Origin: a virus
Length of the DNA stretch: 64,000 bases
IMG/VR virus record: IMGVR_UViG_3300017784_007549
Location: 45,313 to 109,312 of that record
Strand: one strand, 5' to 3'
The position numbers were made by a program, and so were the translations under genes. Shown here in pieces: positions 1-9,806 of the stretch. The notes below the pieces were generated by a model. It was given only the letters and a program-made list of their open reading frames with translations, made no database searches and had not been told where the DNA came from. Within the stretch, counting starts at the first letter, position 1. Each line of letters opens with the position of its first letter.

Positions 1-2
1 AA

Positions 3-200
3 AAACTTGATCATTATGATTCTTTAGAAGAGTCTGGTGGTTTATTTTGGAATGAAGTATTTAAAAAATTAGCTTATTTTATAAGTTTCTGGTATATGGG
101 TAAAATATCTTCTCAAGAAGACTTTCTTAAAGCAGAGCAATTTTATATACCAACTCAAAAAGAACTAGAAGAAGACGCAAAAGTAAGTGACGCTAAATAA
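3..200 (+). CDS. Partial CDS (3' end), hypothetical, tail region
   Basis: Open frame from the window edge (KLDHYDSLEESGGLFWNEVFKKLAYFISFWYMG...VSDAK*) ending TAA at 198-200; overlaps the next gene by 14 nt. Confidence 0.7.
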   Translation, partial: KLDHYDSLEESGGLFWNEVFKKLAYFISFWYMGKISSQEDFLKAEQFYIPTQKELEEDAKVSDAK

Positions 201-1188
201 TGAATATAGATTTTTAAGAAAATTATATAAAGATATTCTTTTAGGATATTCTTATGTAGCTTCTGAAAAAATTTATATCAAACATCCATATGAAGTGGAT
301 CTTGGATCAATAGAAGATCTTTACATTCAACATTTTAATGAAGCTAAAATTCGTGGGCTTGCAGACGAAAAAGATAAAATAAAAGAATTATGCGAAGCTG
401 AATTGTGGACTGAAGAAAAAGAAAAAAAGATAGTTTCGAATAAAAAAGAAATTTCCAACTTAAGAGATACAATTAGAAAACTTTTCATTAAAAGTCAAGT
501 TAATTCAGTAAATAATAAAATTAAAAGCATAGAACAAGAATGCCAAACTATAGAAAAAGAAAGAGAAGAACTTATTGGTATAACAGCTGAAAAATACGCT
601 AATAAAAGATCAAATGAAATGATTATCTATAGATCAATATTTAAAGATGAAAATTTAAAAGAAAATCTATTCACAGAAGAAACTTTTGATGAGCTTGATA
701 GTAATGAACTTAAAAAATATATCATGATATATAACACAATCACAGAATACTTTAACCAAAAGAACATTAAGAAAATAGCTGCATTACCATTCTTTTTAAA
801 TACAATATTCTTAACAGAAGATAATATATATACGTTCTATGGTAAACCTATAGTAAGTTTGTCTACATTTCAATTAGATTTATTTTCTAATGCTAGAATT
901 TATAAAAATATATTATCAAAAGGTGTTGCTCCGCTTGAAGAATACTATCAGAATCTTGATGATCTTATTAATTGGTATGAACTTAATAAGAACATAGGTA
1001 GTGCTTCAGAAGTTAAGCATAGAACTAAAAATACAGATGGCGCAACCTACATTGGCGCTTCTAGAGACGAAATTAAGACAATTAATCAATTTGATAGTAA
1101 AGATGAAATAGTAGATATATCAAAAGAAGCAGAAAAACAAGGTGGTGAACTTAGCATGCAAGATATAATAAAATTACATGGATTATAA
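187..1188 (+). CDS. Hypothetical protein, possible tail assembly chaperone
   Basis: 333 aa, helical/coiled-coil, directly upstream of the tape measure gene; function from position only. Confidence 0.5.
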   Translation: MTLNNEYRFLRKLYKDILLGYSYVASEKIYIKHPYEVDLGSIEDLYIQHFNEAKIRGLADEKDKIKELCEAELWTEEKEKKIVSNKKEISNLRDTIRKLFIKSQVNSVNNKIKSIEQECQTIEKEREELIGITAEKYANKRSNEMIIYRSIFKDENLKENLFTEETFDELDSNELKKYIMIYNTITEYFNQKNIKKIAALPFFLNTIFLTEDNIYTFYGKPIVSLSTFQLDLFSNARIYKNILSKGVAPLEEYYQNLDDLINWYELNKNIGSASEVKHRTKNTDGATYIGASRDEIKTINQFDSKDEIVDISKEAEKQGGELSMQDIIKLHGL

Positions 1189-1217
1189 CTATAATAACTA
1201 TAATAATTAAAAATATC

Positions 1218-1223
1218 GTGTAA
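1218..1223 (+). promoter_or_regulatory. GTGTAA motif (putative phage late promoter element)
   Basis: 12 nt upstream of the tape measure ATG; recurs in at least 11 intergenic gaps. Confidence 0.65.
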
Positions 1224-1235
1224 TATTATTATAGT

Positions 1236-4200
1236 ATGGCACAAGGGAATAATCAATTACAGGTTAATGTAGTAGCTAATGTAAGGGCCGCTCAAGCTGC
1301 CATTAATAAATTAGCGGCTAAACCAGTTAATTTGACCATTAATCCTAAAGGATTTAGTCAGCCTTTAGGAAAAATACAAGGGCAATTAGGTGAATTTGAA
1401 AAATCGTTAGAAGCGTCTAACGCTCGTGTTATTGCGTTCGGAGCCTCTGCTAGCGCCATTTACGCTGTTCAAAAAGCCTTTTCAGAGAGCGTTAAGTCTG
1501 CTATTGAAGTAGAAAAAGCTCTGAAAGATATTAACGTTATATTAAATTTAACAGATCAAAGCTTGGGTCAGTTTGGAACAAGTCTTTTTGATATTGCTAA
1601 AAATACAGGTAATACATTTTCAGCAGTTGCCATAGCCGCTACAGAATTATCTCGTCAAGGTTTAGGAGTTAATGAAACTTTAAAAAGAACTCAAGATGCT
1701 CTTATATTAACTCGTCTTTCTGGATTAGGTGCGGCTGAATCTGTAGAAGCAATTACAGCTACTCTTAATGGTTTCCAAAAAGCAGCTTTATCATCTACAG
1801 ATGTTATCAATAAATTAGCCGCAGTTGATGCCAATTTTGCTGTTAGCTCTGGTGATTTAGCTGAAGCTATTAAAAGAGTTGGTAGTAGCGCAGAAGATGC
1901 AGGAGTTAGCTTTGATGAACTTCTTGCTATTGTAACTTCTGCTCAACAAATTACTGCGCGAGGTGGTTCAGTTATTGGTAATAGCTTTAAAACAATTTTT
2001 ACAAGACTACAAAGACCAAAAGTTTTAGAAGATTTACAACAATTAGGAATTGAAACTCAAACTGCAGAAGGCAACACAAAGCCTTTAATCCAAATTTTAA
2101 GTGATCTCGCAAAAACATTTGATGTTTTGAACGATAGTCAAAGAGCAGCTATTGCAGAACAAGTCGGTGGTGTTTTCCAAATTAATATTTTAAAAGCTGC
2201 GTTAGGAGATTTAAACAAAGAATATTCGGTTTTTTCTAATGCTTTGAAAACTTCTACTGGTGCAACTGACGAAGCTATAAGAAGAAATGAAGCTTTAAAT
2301 ACAACTCTTGCATCATTAATAAATAAAACTCTAGCTAATTTAACTGCAGCTGGGGCAAAAATTGGTGAATTAAGTCTTGCTCCAGCCTTAAAAAAAGTTT
2401 TTGGTGGATTGAATACTGTATTAGAAAGTTTTGGAAGTGGCGATAGTGAAGATTTTGGTTCTAAAATTGGAGAAGGTTTACTTAAAGGCATAGGAAACTT
2501 TTTAAGTGGTCCGGGTATTATTATTGCAACAAAAGCTTTATTTAGTATTTTTGAAAGATTAACTGTATTCTCAGCAGATGCAGTTAAAACTCTTTTAGGG
2601 TTAAATGTGCAAGCAACTCAGCAAGCTCAAATTCAACAACAAATAAATACTTTATTAAGTCAAAATCCATCAATTATAGCTCAAATTGTCAGTGGACAAA
2701 CTACCTTACAAGATATACAAGATAATATTTTGAATACAATTAAAGCTCAAACTCTTGCGATGGAACAACAAGTAACCTTATCAAAAGCTTTAGCTACATC
2801 ATTAAGTGCAGCTGGAGTTTCTATTGGTGCTTCTGGAGCAACTAAAGGGAGATTGCAAGCTAAAGCTGGTGGATACATGCCAAATGCATTCAAGCAAGAA
2901 GAAGCTAGTGCCATGAATTTGGGCGCAGTAAACCCAAAAGCTCAATTTTCAAAAGGTACAATTGGTGGCAAAAAATTTATTAAAAATAATAAAGAAATTG
3001 AAATTCCTAATTTTGGTAAAAATGGAGATTCAGCAGTTATTCCAATGTATGGATCAGTTGGTGATAAAAGACAAAAAGAACTTTATGATAAATTAAAGTT
3101 TTTGGGATTTGTGCCAAATTTTGCGCAATTAGAAGATATTGAATTAAAAGGATATCAAAAGAAGGTTGGTGTTTTATTAGGAACTGGCGGATCTGGTCTT
3201 GTAGATTATACAGAACCTGCTTCACAAATTCCTGCACTTAAAGGACAACCTGAATTCAAAGGTAAAAGAATTGTACTTAAAGGTATTCCTACAAAAGGAG
3301 CTTTTCCATTACCAGAAGAAGGAATACAAGGAGCAGAAAAACAATTTGATTCAGTTTTATCCCCATTACTTCGTGATGGTTTGCAAAGTTTTTCTGAAGC
3401 AGTTGGTAAAACAATTCTTGGCAGAAATCCGCAACAAAAACCTAAAGGTGGAGATGTTTATTCTGCATTACAACAAGGAACAAAAGGTGATATATTTGAA
3501 TCTGCTGTTCGAGGCGCATTAACAGAAGGGAATTTAGCTGGAGGAGCTGGTCAAGGAGCATTTGACTTTAATCCAAAATCTCCCGCTCAAAAAGCATTAG
3601 TAGATTTTTTTGGTATGGGATTAGGGCCAGATGCTAGAATTGAAAGTAAAATTGGCGCGCAAGCAGCAGAAAATATTCCATCTAAAGTTATTAGAACATT
3701 TACAAACGCATACGCAAATTTAGGAATTACAAAAGAAACAGGAAAAAGAAGTAGCAAAAAACCCGGATTTGGAGCAAAACCTGCCAGATTTCAAAATGTA
3801 TCTGATGGTTTTATTCCTAATTTTTCTAGTGTCAAAGATGCAATGGAAACGGAAAAAAAGATGGGTGGAAGTCCTGCGCTTGATTTCCAAGAAGGAGTTG
3901 GATTATACGTTAGAGATAGAAACACTCAATCTAATTTCTCTGCAGTTAAAAGAGATCATCCAGAAGGTATTAATCAAGCAATAGAAAATTCTAGAAAAGC
4001 ACAAGAAAATCTTGCTAGAGGATTTATCCCTAATTTTGCTTCAACTGCAAGTAGCAATATTGCGAGTAATTCTTCAAATGCTGGAATGGACGTTCTAAAA
4101 AAAGTTTTTTCTGATAAAGAATTACCAAAAGGAATACAAAAATTTAAACAAAATATATTTTTAACTTCATTTGCTTTTTCAACTTTGCAAGGGTTAGTAG

Positions 4201-6512
4201 AATCTTTTAATAAAGATGGAAAAAGTGCATTTGGAAATATTCTTTCTGGCGTATCGCAAGGAGCGTCAACATTTACTTCTCTTGCTGGAGTTATCCCCGG
4301 CCAAGTAGGTTTAATTGTTGGAGCAGTAGCTGGCTTAACTCAAGCTATAGATTCTGTAGCTACAAGCTTTTTAAATGCAGATATTGAAGAAATAATAAAA
4401 CAAAGCGCGCAAACTAGTGAAGATTTCAGTAAATTAAGTGATGCAAGTCAAAAATATGCCGTAGCTTTTCAAAAATTACAAGAGATATATAAAAGTAATT
4501 CTTCTTATAAAGAAGTTGATAAAGCTGAAAGAGACTTATACGAATCTTTACAAAATATTCCACAAGAATTTAGAAACTTATTTGCTTCGGCAAGAACTTT
4601 AACAGAAGTCCAAGATTTAATATCAAAATCACTTTCAGAAAAAGGAAAAGAAAAAGAAGGCGGAGAATTGGCAAAATTTTTAGGACAATCAGTTATTCAA
4701 AATAGAGGATCTCCAGTTGGAAGACTTTTAAATTTCGGATCAGCTGGTGGGGCTGAAAAAAATGCAATTTATAGTGGTAAAAAAGGAATGAGTTTAGCTA
4801 CGGAAACCGCGGGACAAATTACGAATAAATTAAGTAGTAAATTTTTAGATGATTTTGAAAATGGATTAATAGATACAACTCAAAGTGGTTATAATTTTAT
4901 TAAAATGTTAAAACAATATGGAATTGACGCTCAATCAGCTAGTATATTAACAGGTATATTAGACGACAGTTTACAGGATGGCGAAGGAACTACAAAATTA
5001 TTAGCAAATGCATTATATGAAGAATCTGCAGCGAGAGTACAAGCTATAAAAAAATATAAACAAGGACAAAAAACTAGAGAAGAAGCTCAGGCAATTGAAG
5101 CAGAAGAAGTGAAAATAAAAAGACGTTTAACTGCAGAAACAGAAAATGCTGCGGCTATTTCAGAAATGTATTCAAATGCTCTTCATAGAACAGCATTACA
5201 AGAAAAGAAATTAATTGATATTAGAAGATCGTCTCAATCAGAAATTATTGCTGAAGCTTCTAGATCCAGATTACAAACTGCACAACCGTTCCTTAGTGAA
5301 ACAAGTATGGCAAGAGGTCAATATCAAAACGAAGCATTCCAAAGAAAATCTAATTTTCAAACAAAGCAATCGGATATTATGTCTTCTGCTATTGAACAAA
5401 TTAGTACTAATTTATCTGAATCTATACAAGGAGAAATAAATAAATTAAGAAGTGAAAATGCACCAAATTCTAAAATTCAAAAATTACAAAAAAGAAAAGG
5501 CGAAATAGCCAATATAGTTCGTCAAGGAGAAAGTCCAGCGCAGATAAGCCAAGCTTTAGAACAATTAGGTCAAGAATTAGCTTTAGATGATCAAGCTATT
5601 TTAGCTCAAAAAGCAAATGAAATCCTAGCGAACATACAAAATGATCAGCAAAATGCTTTAGTTGAATATCAAAAAGGAAATAATATAGCACAAGAACAGT
5701 TAAGAAATCAATTAATACAAATTCAAGATCAACAAAGATTAAAAGTTGCAGGTGGCGTACAAGGATTTTTAGATCCAAATTCATTCCAAACTACTTTTGA
5801 TAATTTTACAAAAAATTTAAATCTATATCGCGAAGAAGGATCAAGATCAGTAATTGCAAGAGGAAGAGGAGCCGCTGGATTACTTTCAAATACTTTAGAT
5901 TTTGCAGGAGGAGGATTGCCAATAGGAACTGGTGGAGAATTAGAAGCTTTAAGATCAGAAGCTATTCTTGGAAGAACAGTAGACATAAGAAATCAATCAA
6001 GAGCACTTGGCGCAGATGCTCCGATAGGATTAAGACCAGTATTTAGAGATATCTCTGCAAATGCTAGCGAAATTGCAGCTAAACAAATCGACAATTTAAT
6101 TAAAGATCAAAACATTGGAGATAACGTAGATAAAATAGCCACAACATTACAACAAATTCAAACATCATTAACTCCAAATCTTGGTCCGACTAATAATGCA
6201 ACTCAAAGCTTTGTAAATCAAAGAAATTCAGCTGCAACTAATGTAGCCTCTGCACTACAACCTCTAAAAGGTTCTGTAGATTTAAATATACCAAATAATC
6301 TTTTAGCTTTGAACGTAAATGGTAAAATATCAGTAGAAGGAGGAAACGTAGAAGTAACATTATCTCCAGATTCTGATCTTACAGCATTAGTTACTCCAAT
6401 TATTAATAATTTCATGAATACAGCTAAACAAGATATTAAAAATGAATTTAATAATAGAATATTAAAACTCAGAGAAGAGGCAGGACTAAGGAGGGAAGCA
6501 ACAGCAGTATAA
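1236..6512 (+). CDS. Tail tape measure protein (TP901-like core)
   Basis: 1758 aa, Ala/Gln-rich helical; core motifs LAAVDANFAVSSGDLAEAIKRVGS and GGSVIGNSFKTIFTRL. Confidence 0.93.
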   Translation: MAQGNNQLQVNVVANVRAAQAAINKLAAKPVNLTINPKGFSQPLGKIQGQLGEFEKSLEASNARVIAFGASASAIYAVQKAFSESVKSAIEVEKALKDINVILNLTDQSLGQFGTSLFDIAKNTGNTFSAVAIAATELSRQGLGVNETLKRTQDALILTRLSGLGAAESVEAITATLNGFQKAALSSTDVINKLAAVDANFAVSSGDLAEAIKRVGSSAEDAGVSFDELLAIVTSAQQITARGGSVIGNSFKTIFTRLQRPKVLEDLQQLGIETQTAEGNTKPLIQILSDLAKTFDVLNDSQRAAIAEQVGGVFQINILKAALGDLNKEYSVFSNALKTSTGATDEAIRRNEALNTTLASLINKTLANLTAAGAKIGELSLAPALKKVFGGLNTVLESFGSGDSEDFGSKIGEGLLKGIGNFLSGPGIIIATKALFSIFERLTVFSADAVKTLLGLNVQATQQAQIQQQINTLLSQNPSIIAQIVSGQTTLQDIQDNILNTIKAQTLAMEQQVTLSKALATSLSAAGVSIGASGATKGRLQAKAGGYMPNAFKQEEASAMNLGAVNPKAQFSKGTIGGKKFIKNNKEIEIPNFGKNGDSAVIPMYGSVGDKRQKELYDKLKFLGFVPNFAQLEDIELKGYQKKVGVLLGTGGSGLVDYTEPASQIPALKGQPEFKGKRIVLKGIPTKGAFPLPEEGIQGAEKQFDSVLSPLLRDGLQSFSEAVGKTILGRNPQQKPKGGDVYSALQQGTKGDIFESAVRGALTEGNLAGGAGQGAFDFNPKSPAQKALVDFFGMGLGPDARIESKIGAQAAENIPSKVIRTFTNAYANLGITKETGKRSSKKPGFGAKPARFQNVSDGFIPNFSSVKDAMETEKKMGGSPALDFQEGVGLYVRDRNTQSNFSAVKRDHPEGINQAIENSRKAQENLARGFIPNFASTASSNIASNSSNAGMDVLKKVFSDKELPKGIQKFKQNIFLTSFAFSTLQGLVESFNKDGKSAFGNILSGVSQGASTFTSLAGVIPGQVGLIVGAVAGLTQAIDSVATSFLNADIEEIIKQSAQTSEDFSKLSDASQKYAVAFQKLQEIYKSNSSYKEVDKAERDLYESLQNIPQEFRNLFASARTLTEVQDLISKSLSEKGKEKEGGELAKFLGQSVIQNRGSPVGRLLNFGSAGGAEKNAIYSGKKGMSLATETAGQITNKLSSKFLDDFENGLIDTTQSGYNFIKMLKQYGIDAQSASILTGILDDSLQDGEGTTKLLANALYEESAARVQAIKKYKQGQKTREEAQAIEAEEVKIKRRLTAETENAAAISEMYSNALHRTALQEKKLIDIRRSSQSEIIAEASRSRLQTAQPFLSETSMARGQYQNEAFQRKSNFQTKQSDIMSSAIEQISTNLSESIQGEINKLRSENAPNSKIQKLQKRKGEIANIVRQGESPAQISQALEQLGQELALDDQAILAQKANEILANIQNDQQNALVEYQKGNNIAQEQLRNQLIQIQDQQRLKVAGGVQGFLDPNSFQTTFDNFTKNLNLYREEGSRSVIARGRGAAGLLSNTLDFAGGGLPIGTGGELEALRSEAILGRTVDIRNQSRALGADAPIGLRPVFRDISANASEIAAKQIDNLIKDQNIGDNVDKIATTLQQIQTSLTPNLGPTNNATQSFVNQRNSAATNVASALQPLKGSVDLNIPNNLLALNVNGKISVEGGNVEVTLSPDSDLTALVTPIINNFMNTAKQDIKNEFNNRILKLREEAGLRREATAV

Positions 6513-6543
6513 AATAAACAAGGGATAAGGAATATAAAGGAAT

Positions 6544-8187
6544 ATGGCATATAATTTTACAGACGCAACACTTCTTGGTTACCAAGTAAATAAAAATTAC
6601 TTGGGCGAAGGCGTTTTTGCGCTTAGTACAATAAAAAACATTTCTATAGAGGGCATTCTTGATAATAGATTAACCAATTCAGATTCAGAAGGTGTTAAAG
6701 AAAATTTTCAAAAGATATCAGGATTTTTAACTGGTATTGTAAATGCGTATGATGCAGTTATCGTAAATGGTTATAATTTAGGAACAGGCAAAGTTAACAA
6801 CTTATCTTTTCCAGACCAAAACCCAATAAGGCTTGGATCATATAAATATGATATAGAAATTGTTGAAAATTCAGACTTTTCTAATATACAAACTGGAGAT
6901 ATTTATGGAACTTTTCTTTCTGGAGTAAATGATAAAATTTTAGCATTAGATGAAACTTTAAATTTTGATAATACCGCAAATGGAGACTATTCATATAACC
7001 ACGATCTTAATATTCAATACTATGATACTGGATCTGATTTATTTACTAAATCTAAAAATTTCGCTAATTCTGTTTATAATGATTCTTTGAAGTTAGGTTT
7101 GATTGGTCCATTTTCTGGATTTTATGATGTATTAAAAACAAAGAAAAACTATTTTTCTGAAACGTACGATTTAATAAGTAAACGATGTGGATTCTCCAAG
7201 AAAATTTTAATTAATAAAAATTACAATAATAACTATACAACCACTTTAAATCATACTATTACTTTGGACGCTAATGGAAAAATTTCAGTAACAGAACAAG
7301 GAGTAATTAAAGGTTTAGACAATACCTTAAACTATACAGCAGATAATTATTTTAATACAGAACTAGCAAATTCATATAATAGATGCCAAGACGTATTTAA
7401 TGTTTATGTTGAAAAATATGGATTAGGAGCAAAAGATTCATTATTTAATCAACCATTTAATCTTGGAAAAACTTCTGATTGGTTTAATAATTCTTTAGAA
7501 TATAGCGTTAGTTATGTTAATGATCCAGCTTTTGAAGGAAACGTAATCAATACTTACAATATAACAATAAACAAAGACGTACAAGAGATTGGAGTTTATA
7601 CTGAACAAGGCGAAATAATTCAAGTTGGACAAGTCGGAGATATTACAGGACTTAATTTAATTAAAACAAAATATCAAGCCGCAAAAACTAGAGCATCTAC
7701 AAATTATCCAACTTATAAATTAAGAAATAGTTCATTTAGCGCCGGTACCTTAAATTCAAATTCTACTTCAACCTATAACAATAATTTCTCTTATTCAATA
7801 GAAAAAACAAATGATAATTCTATCTTAGAAGGTGATCCTTATTATAAAAGTTTATCTATGAAAATAGATGATCAAAACCCAACTAATATGTATAAAGAAT
7901 ATATCATTGCAAATAAAAATCCAAAAAATGTATTATTCTTATTTGGCAATCAAGTAGAAATTGGCAATAGATCCGTTAATATAAATGGCACTCTTGTAAG
8001 ATCAACTAATAACTCTTGGAGTACGCCAATAACTTTTCCATTAGCTGATCTTAAAAGCAAAAGTATATCTGGCGCATTAAATCTTATATCAAATGATGCT
8101 TATATTGATAATATAAACTATAGTTATGATTCAGATAATAATTTTTCATTTAATCTATCAATCAAATATTTAGATAAGGTGGTATAA
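6544..8187 (+). CDS. Tail/baseplate structural protein
   Basis: 547 aa, beta-rich, N/Y/S/T-rich, right after the tape measure; strand pattern resembles the next gene. Confidence 0.6.
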   Translation: MAYNFTDATLLGYQVNKNYLGEGVFALSTIKNISIEGILDNRLTNSDSEGVKENFQKISGFLTGIVNAYDAVIVNGYNLGTGKVNNLSFPDQNPIRLGSYKYDIEIVENSDFSNIQTGDIYGTFLSGVNDKILALDETLNFDNTANGDYSYNHDLNIQYYDTGSDLFTKSKNFANSVYNDSLKLGLIGPFSGFYDVLKTKKNYFSETYDLISKRCGFSKKILINKNYNNNYTTTLNHTITLDANGKISVTEQGVIKGLDNTLNYTADNYFNTELANSYNRCQDVFNVYVEKYGLGAKDSLFNQPFNLGKTSDWFNNSLEYSVSYVNDPAFEGNVINTYNITINKDVQEIGVYTEQGEIIQVGQVGDITGLNLIKTKYQAAKTRASTNYPTYKLRNSSFSAGTLNSNSTSTYNNNFSYSIEKTNDNSILEGDPYYKSLSMKIDDQNPTNMYKEYIIANKNPKNVLFLFGNQVEIGNRSVNINGTLVRSTNNSWSTPITFPLADLKSKSISGALNLISNDAYIDNINYSYDSDNNFSFNLSIKYLDKVV

Positions 8188-8188
8188 A

Positions 8189-9805
8189 ATGGCTGATACA
8201 ATTATAAAATATAATAATAAAACAATACCATTTCCAACGCCACTAGTTACGTTAGAAAGAGAAAATCTTTACTATAATCAATACTGGGGAAATTCTGATA
8301 AAATTGTTTTAAATGGACAAATTAGTGGCACAAAAAATTGTTCTCCATTTGCTTCAATAACGAGTGGTCAAACTGGACTGTTAGGCATATTTAATCAAAA
8401 TTTTGGAACTTTTGAAATATATGAAGATGCACAAAAAATTTATGAAAATAGTGGCATCATAGTAAGATCTATAAATTTTAATGAATCTACTTATGCAGGA
8501 TTAATAGATTATACAATAGAATTAAATTCAACTAGACCTAGTGGCGATATTATTGATCCAAGTAATGAATATAGTTTTACTGAAAATGAAAATAAAACAG
8601 TATCTTTATCTCATAATGTTTCCGCTAAAGGAATCAACACAAATTTAAATCCAAGCAAATCTAATGCAATAAATAATGCTATATCTTTTGTTAGATCTAA
8701 TACTGGGCTAGCAAATGTTCCAACTACTAAATTTATATCTGGAGCAAGCAATAAATTTTATTTACAGAATTTTTCTGAATCAATAGATAGATTGAATAAT
8801 GTCTATTCTGTTCAAGAAACCTATCTTAGCAATCTTTTAAATACAGGATCATCTGGTAGTTTAACTTATACTTCCGATATAACATCTGGCGCAGATTCTA
8901 ATATAGTTCAAATCAATTTACGTGGACAATATAAAGGCCAAAAGAACGGTAATATAAATGATTTAAGAAATAGTTTAAATGTAACTGGACTATTATCTGG
9001 AATCTATTCTGGTTATTATAATCCAACCCCAATTCAGTATAATGTAACAGAAAATACTGGCGAAAATTTAATTAATTTTGATTATTCTTTTGATAATTTA
9101 AACCTTCCTAATCCATACTTTAAATATGATGCAAATATATCTAGAGATGAAATTCAACAACTTTACAATATTCAAGTAAGAGGAGATATTATAGCAAGAG
9201 GCAATAGGGCTTATAGATATTTCTTATCAACGGGAAATTTAATCAATTTAACTGGTCAATTATTAAGTGTCGCTAGTGGTATTTTAACTGGATTTAAAGA
9301 CTTTAATAGTGATGCAGTGCCTTCTAATTTGAGATTATTAAATGTAAGTATTGATCAAAATCCTAATAACGGCACAGTTTCAGCAAATGCATCGTATGAT
9401 GATAGATTTATGCCTACTGGTAATTTTGTTGATGCTACTTATAATGTGTCAGTAGAAGCGCCTCATTGGTATATGAATAATCAACCAACTTGCAATATTA
9501 AGGGTTATCACATAATAAATGATTTTGATATTACGACTTTACCTAAATTAAATATTAATACTACATTTAAAGCTAAAGATATCAAAGGAACAAGCACTGA
9601 ATCTGGTTTAAAGCAGTTAGCCTCAACTCTTACAAATAATCTTGTTCCAACTAATTATAATTATAATACTCAATTAAAAGCTACTGAATCGTATAATAAA
9701 AAATATAATAATATGACCTCATTAAGCGAAATATCTTATAAATTAGACAAAATAGATATTTCTAATGAAAATTCTTTACTACCAAAATTCAATACTATAA
9801 CTTAA
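8189..9805 (+). CDS. Tail/baseplate structural protein, probable paralog of 6544-8187
   Basis: 538 aa; similar segments (SLSHNVSAKG vs SYNHDLNIQY; NLINFDYSFDN vs NSLEYSVSYVND). Confidence 0.6.
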   Translation: MADTIIKYNNKTIPFPTPLVTLERENLYYNQYWGNSDKIVLNGQISGTKNCSPFASITSGQTGLLGIFNQNFGTFEIYEDAQKIYENSGIIVRSINFNESTYAGLIDYTIELNSTRPSGDIIDPSNEYSFTENENKTVSLSHNVSAKGINTNLNPSKSNAINNAISFVRSNTGLANVPTTKFISGASNKFYLQNFSESIDRLNNVYSVQETYLSNLLNTGSSGSLTYTSDITSGADSNIVQINLRGQYKGQKNGNINDLRNSLNVTGLLSGIYSGYYNPTPIQYNVTENTGENLINFDYSFDNLNLPNPYFKYDANISRDEIQQLYNIQVRGDIIARGNRAYRYFLSTGNLINLTGQLLSVASGILTGFKDFNSDAVPSNLRLLNVSIDQNPNNGTVSANASYDDRFMPTGNFVDATYNVSVEAPHWYMNNQPTCNIKGYHIINDFDITTLPKLNINTTFKAKDIKGTSTESGLKQLASTLTNNLVPTNYNYNTQLKATESYNKKYNNMTSLSEISYKLDKIDISNENSLLPKFNTIT

Positions 9806-9806
9806 T

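Noticed and set aside
150-200. Programmed -1 frameshift between the two genes before the tape measure (lambda G/GT style)
   Set aside because: The downstream ORF is in the +1 frame and has its own GTG; no clear slippery heptamer in the overlap
1184-1206. Short tandem TAACTATAA repeat before the tape measure
   Set aside because: Only two copies in very AT-rich DNA; no support for a function
2138-6550. Antisense and alternate-frame ORFs in the track (e.g. 2138-2491, 5729-5986, 6218-6550; likewise 57399-58985)
   Set aside because: Shadows of long genes with clear motifs; no independent start signals or recognisable domains
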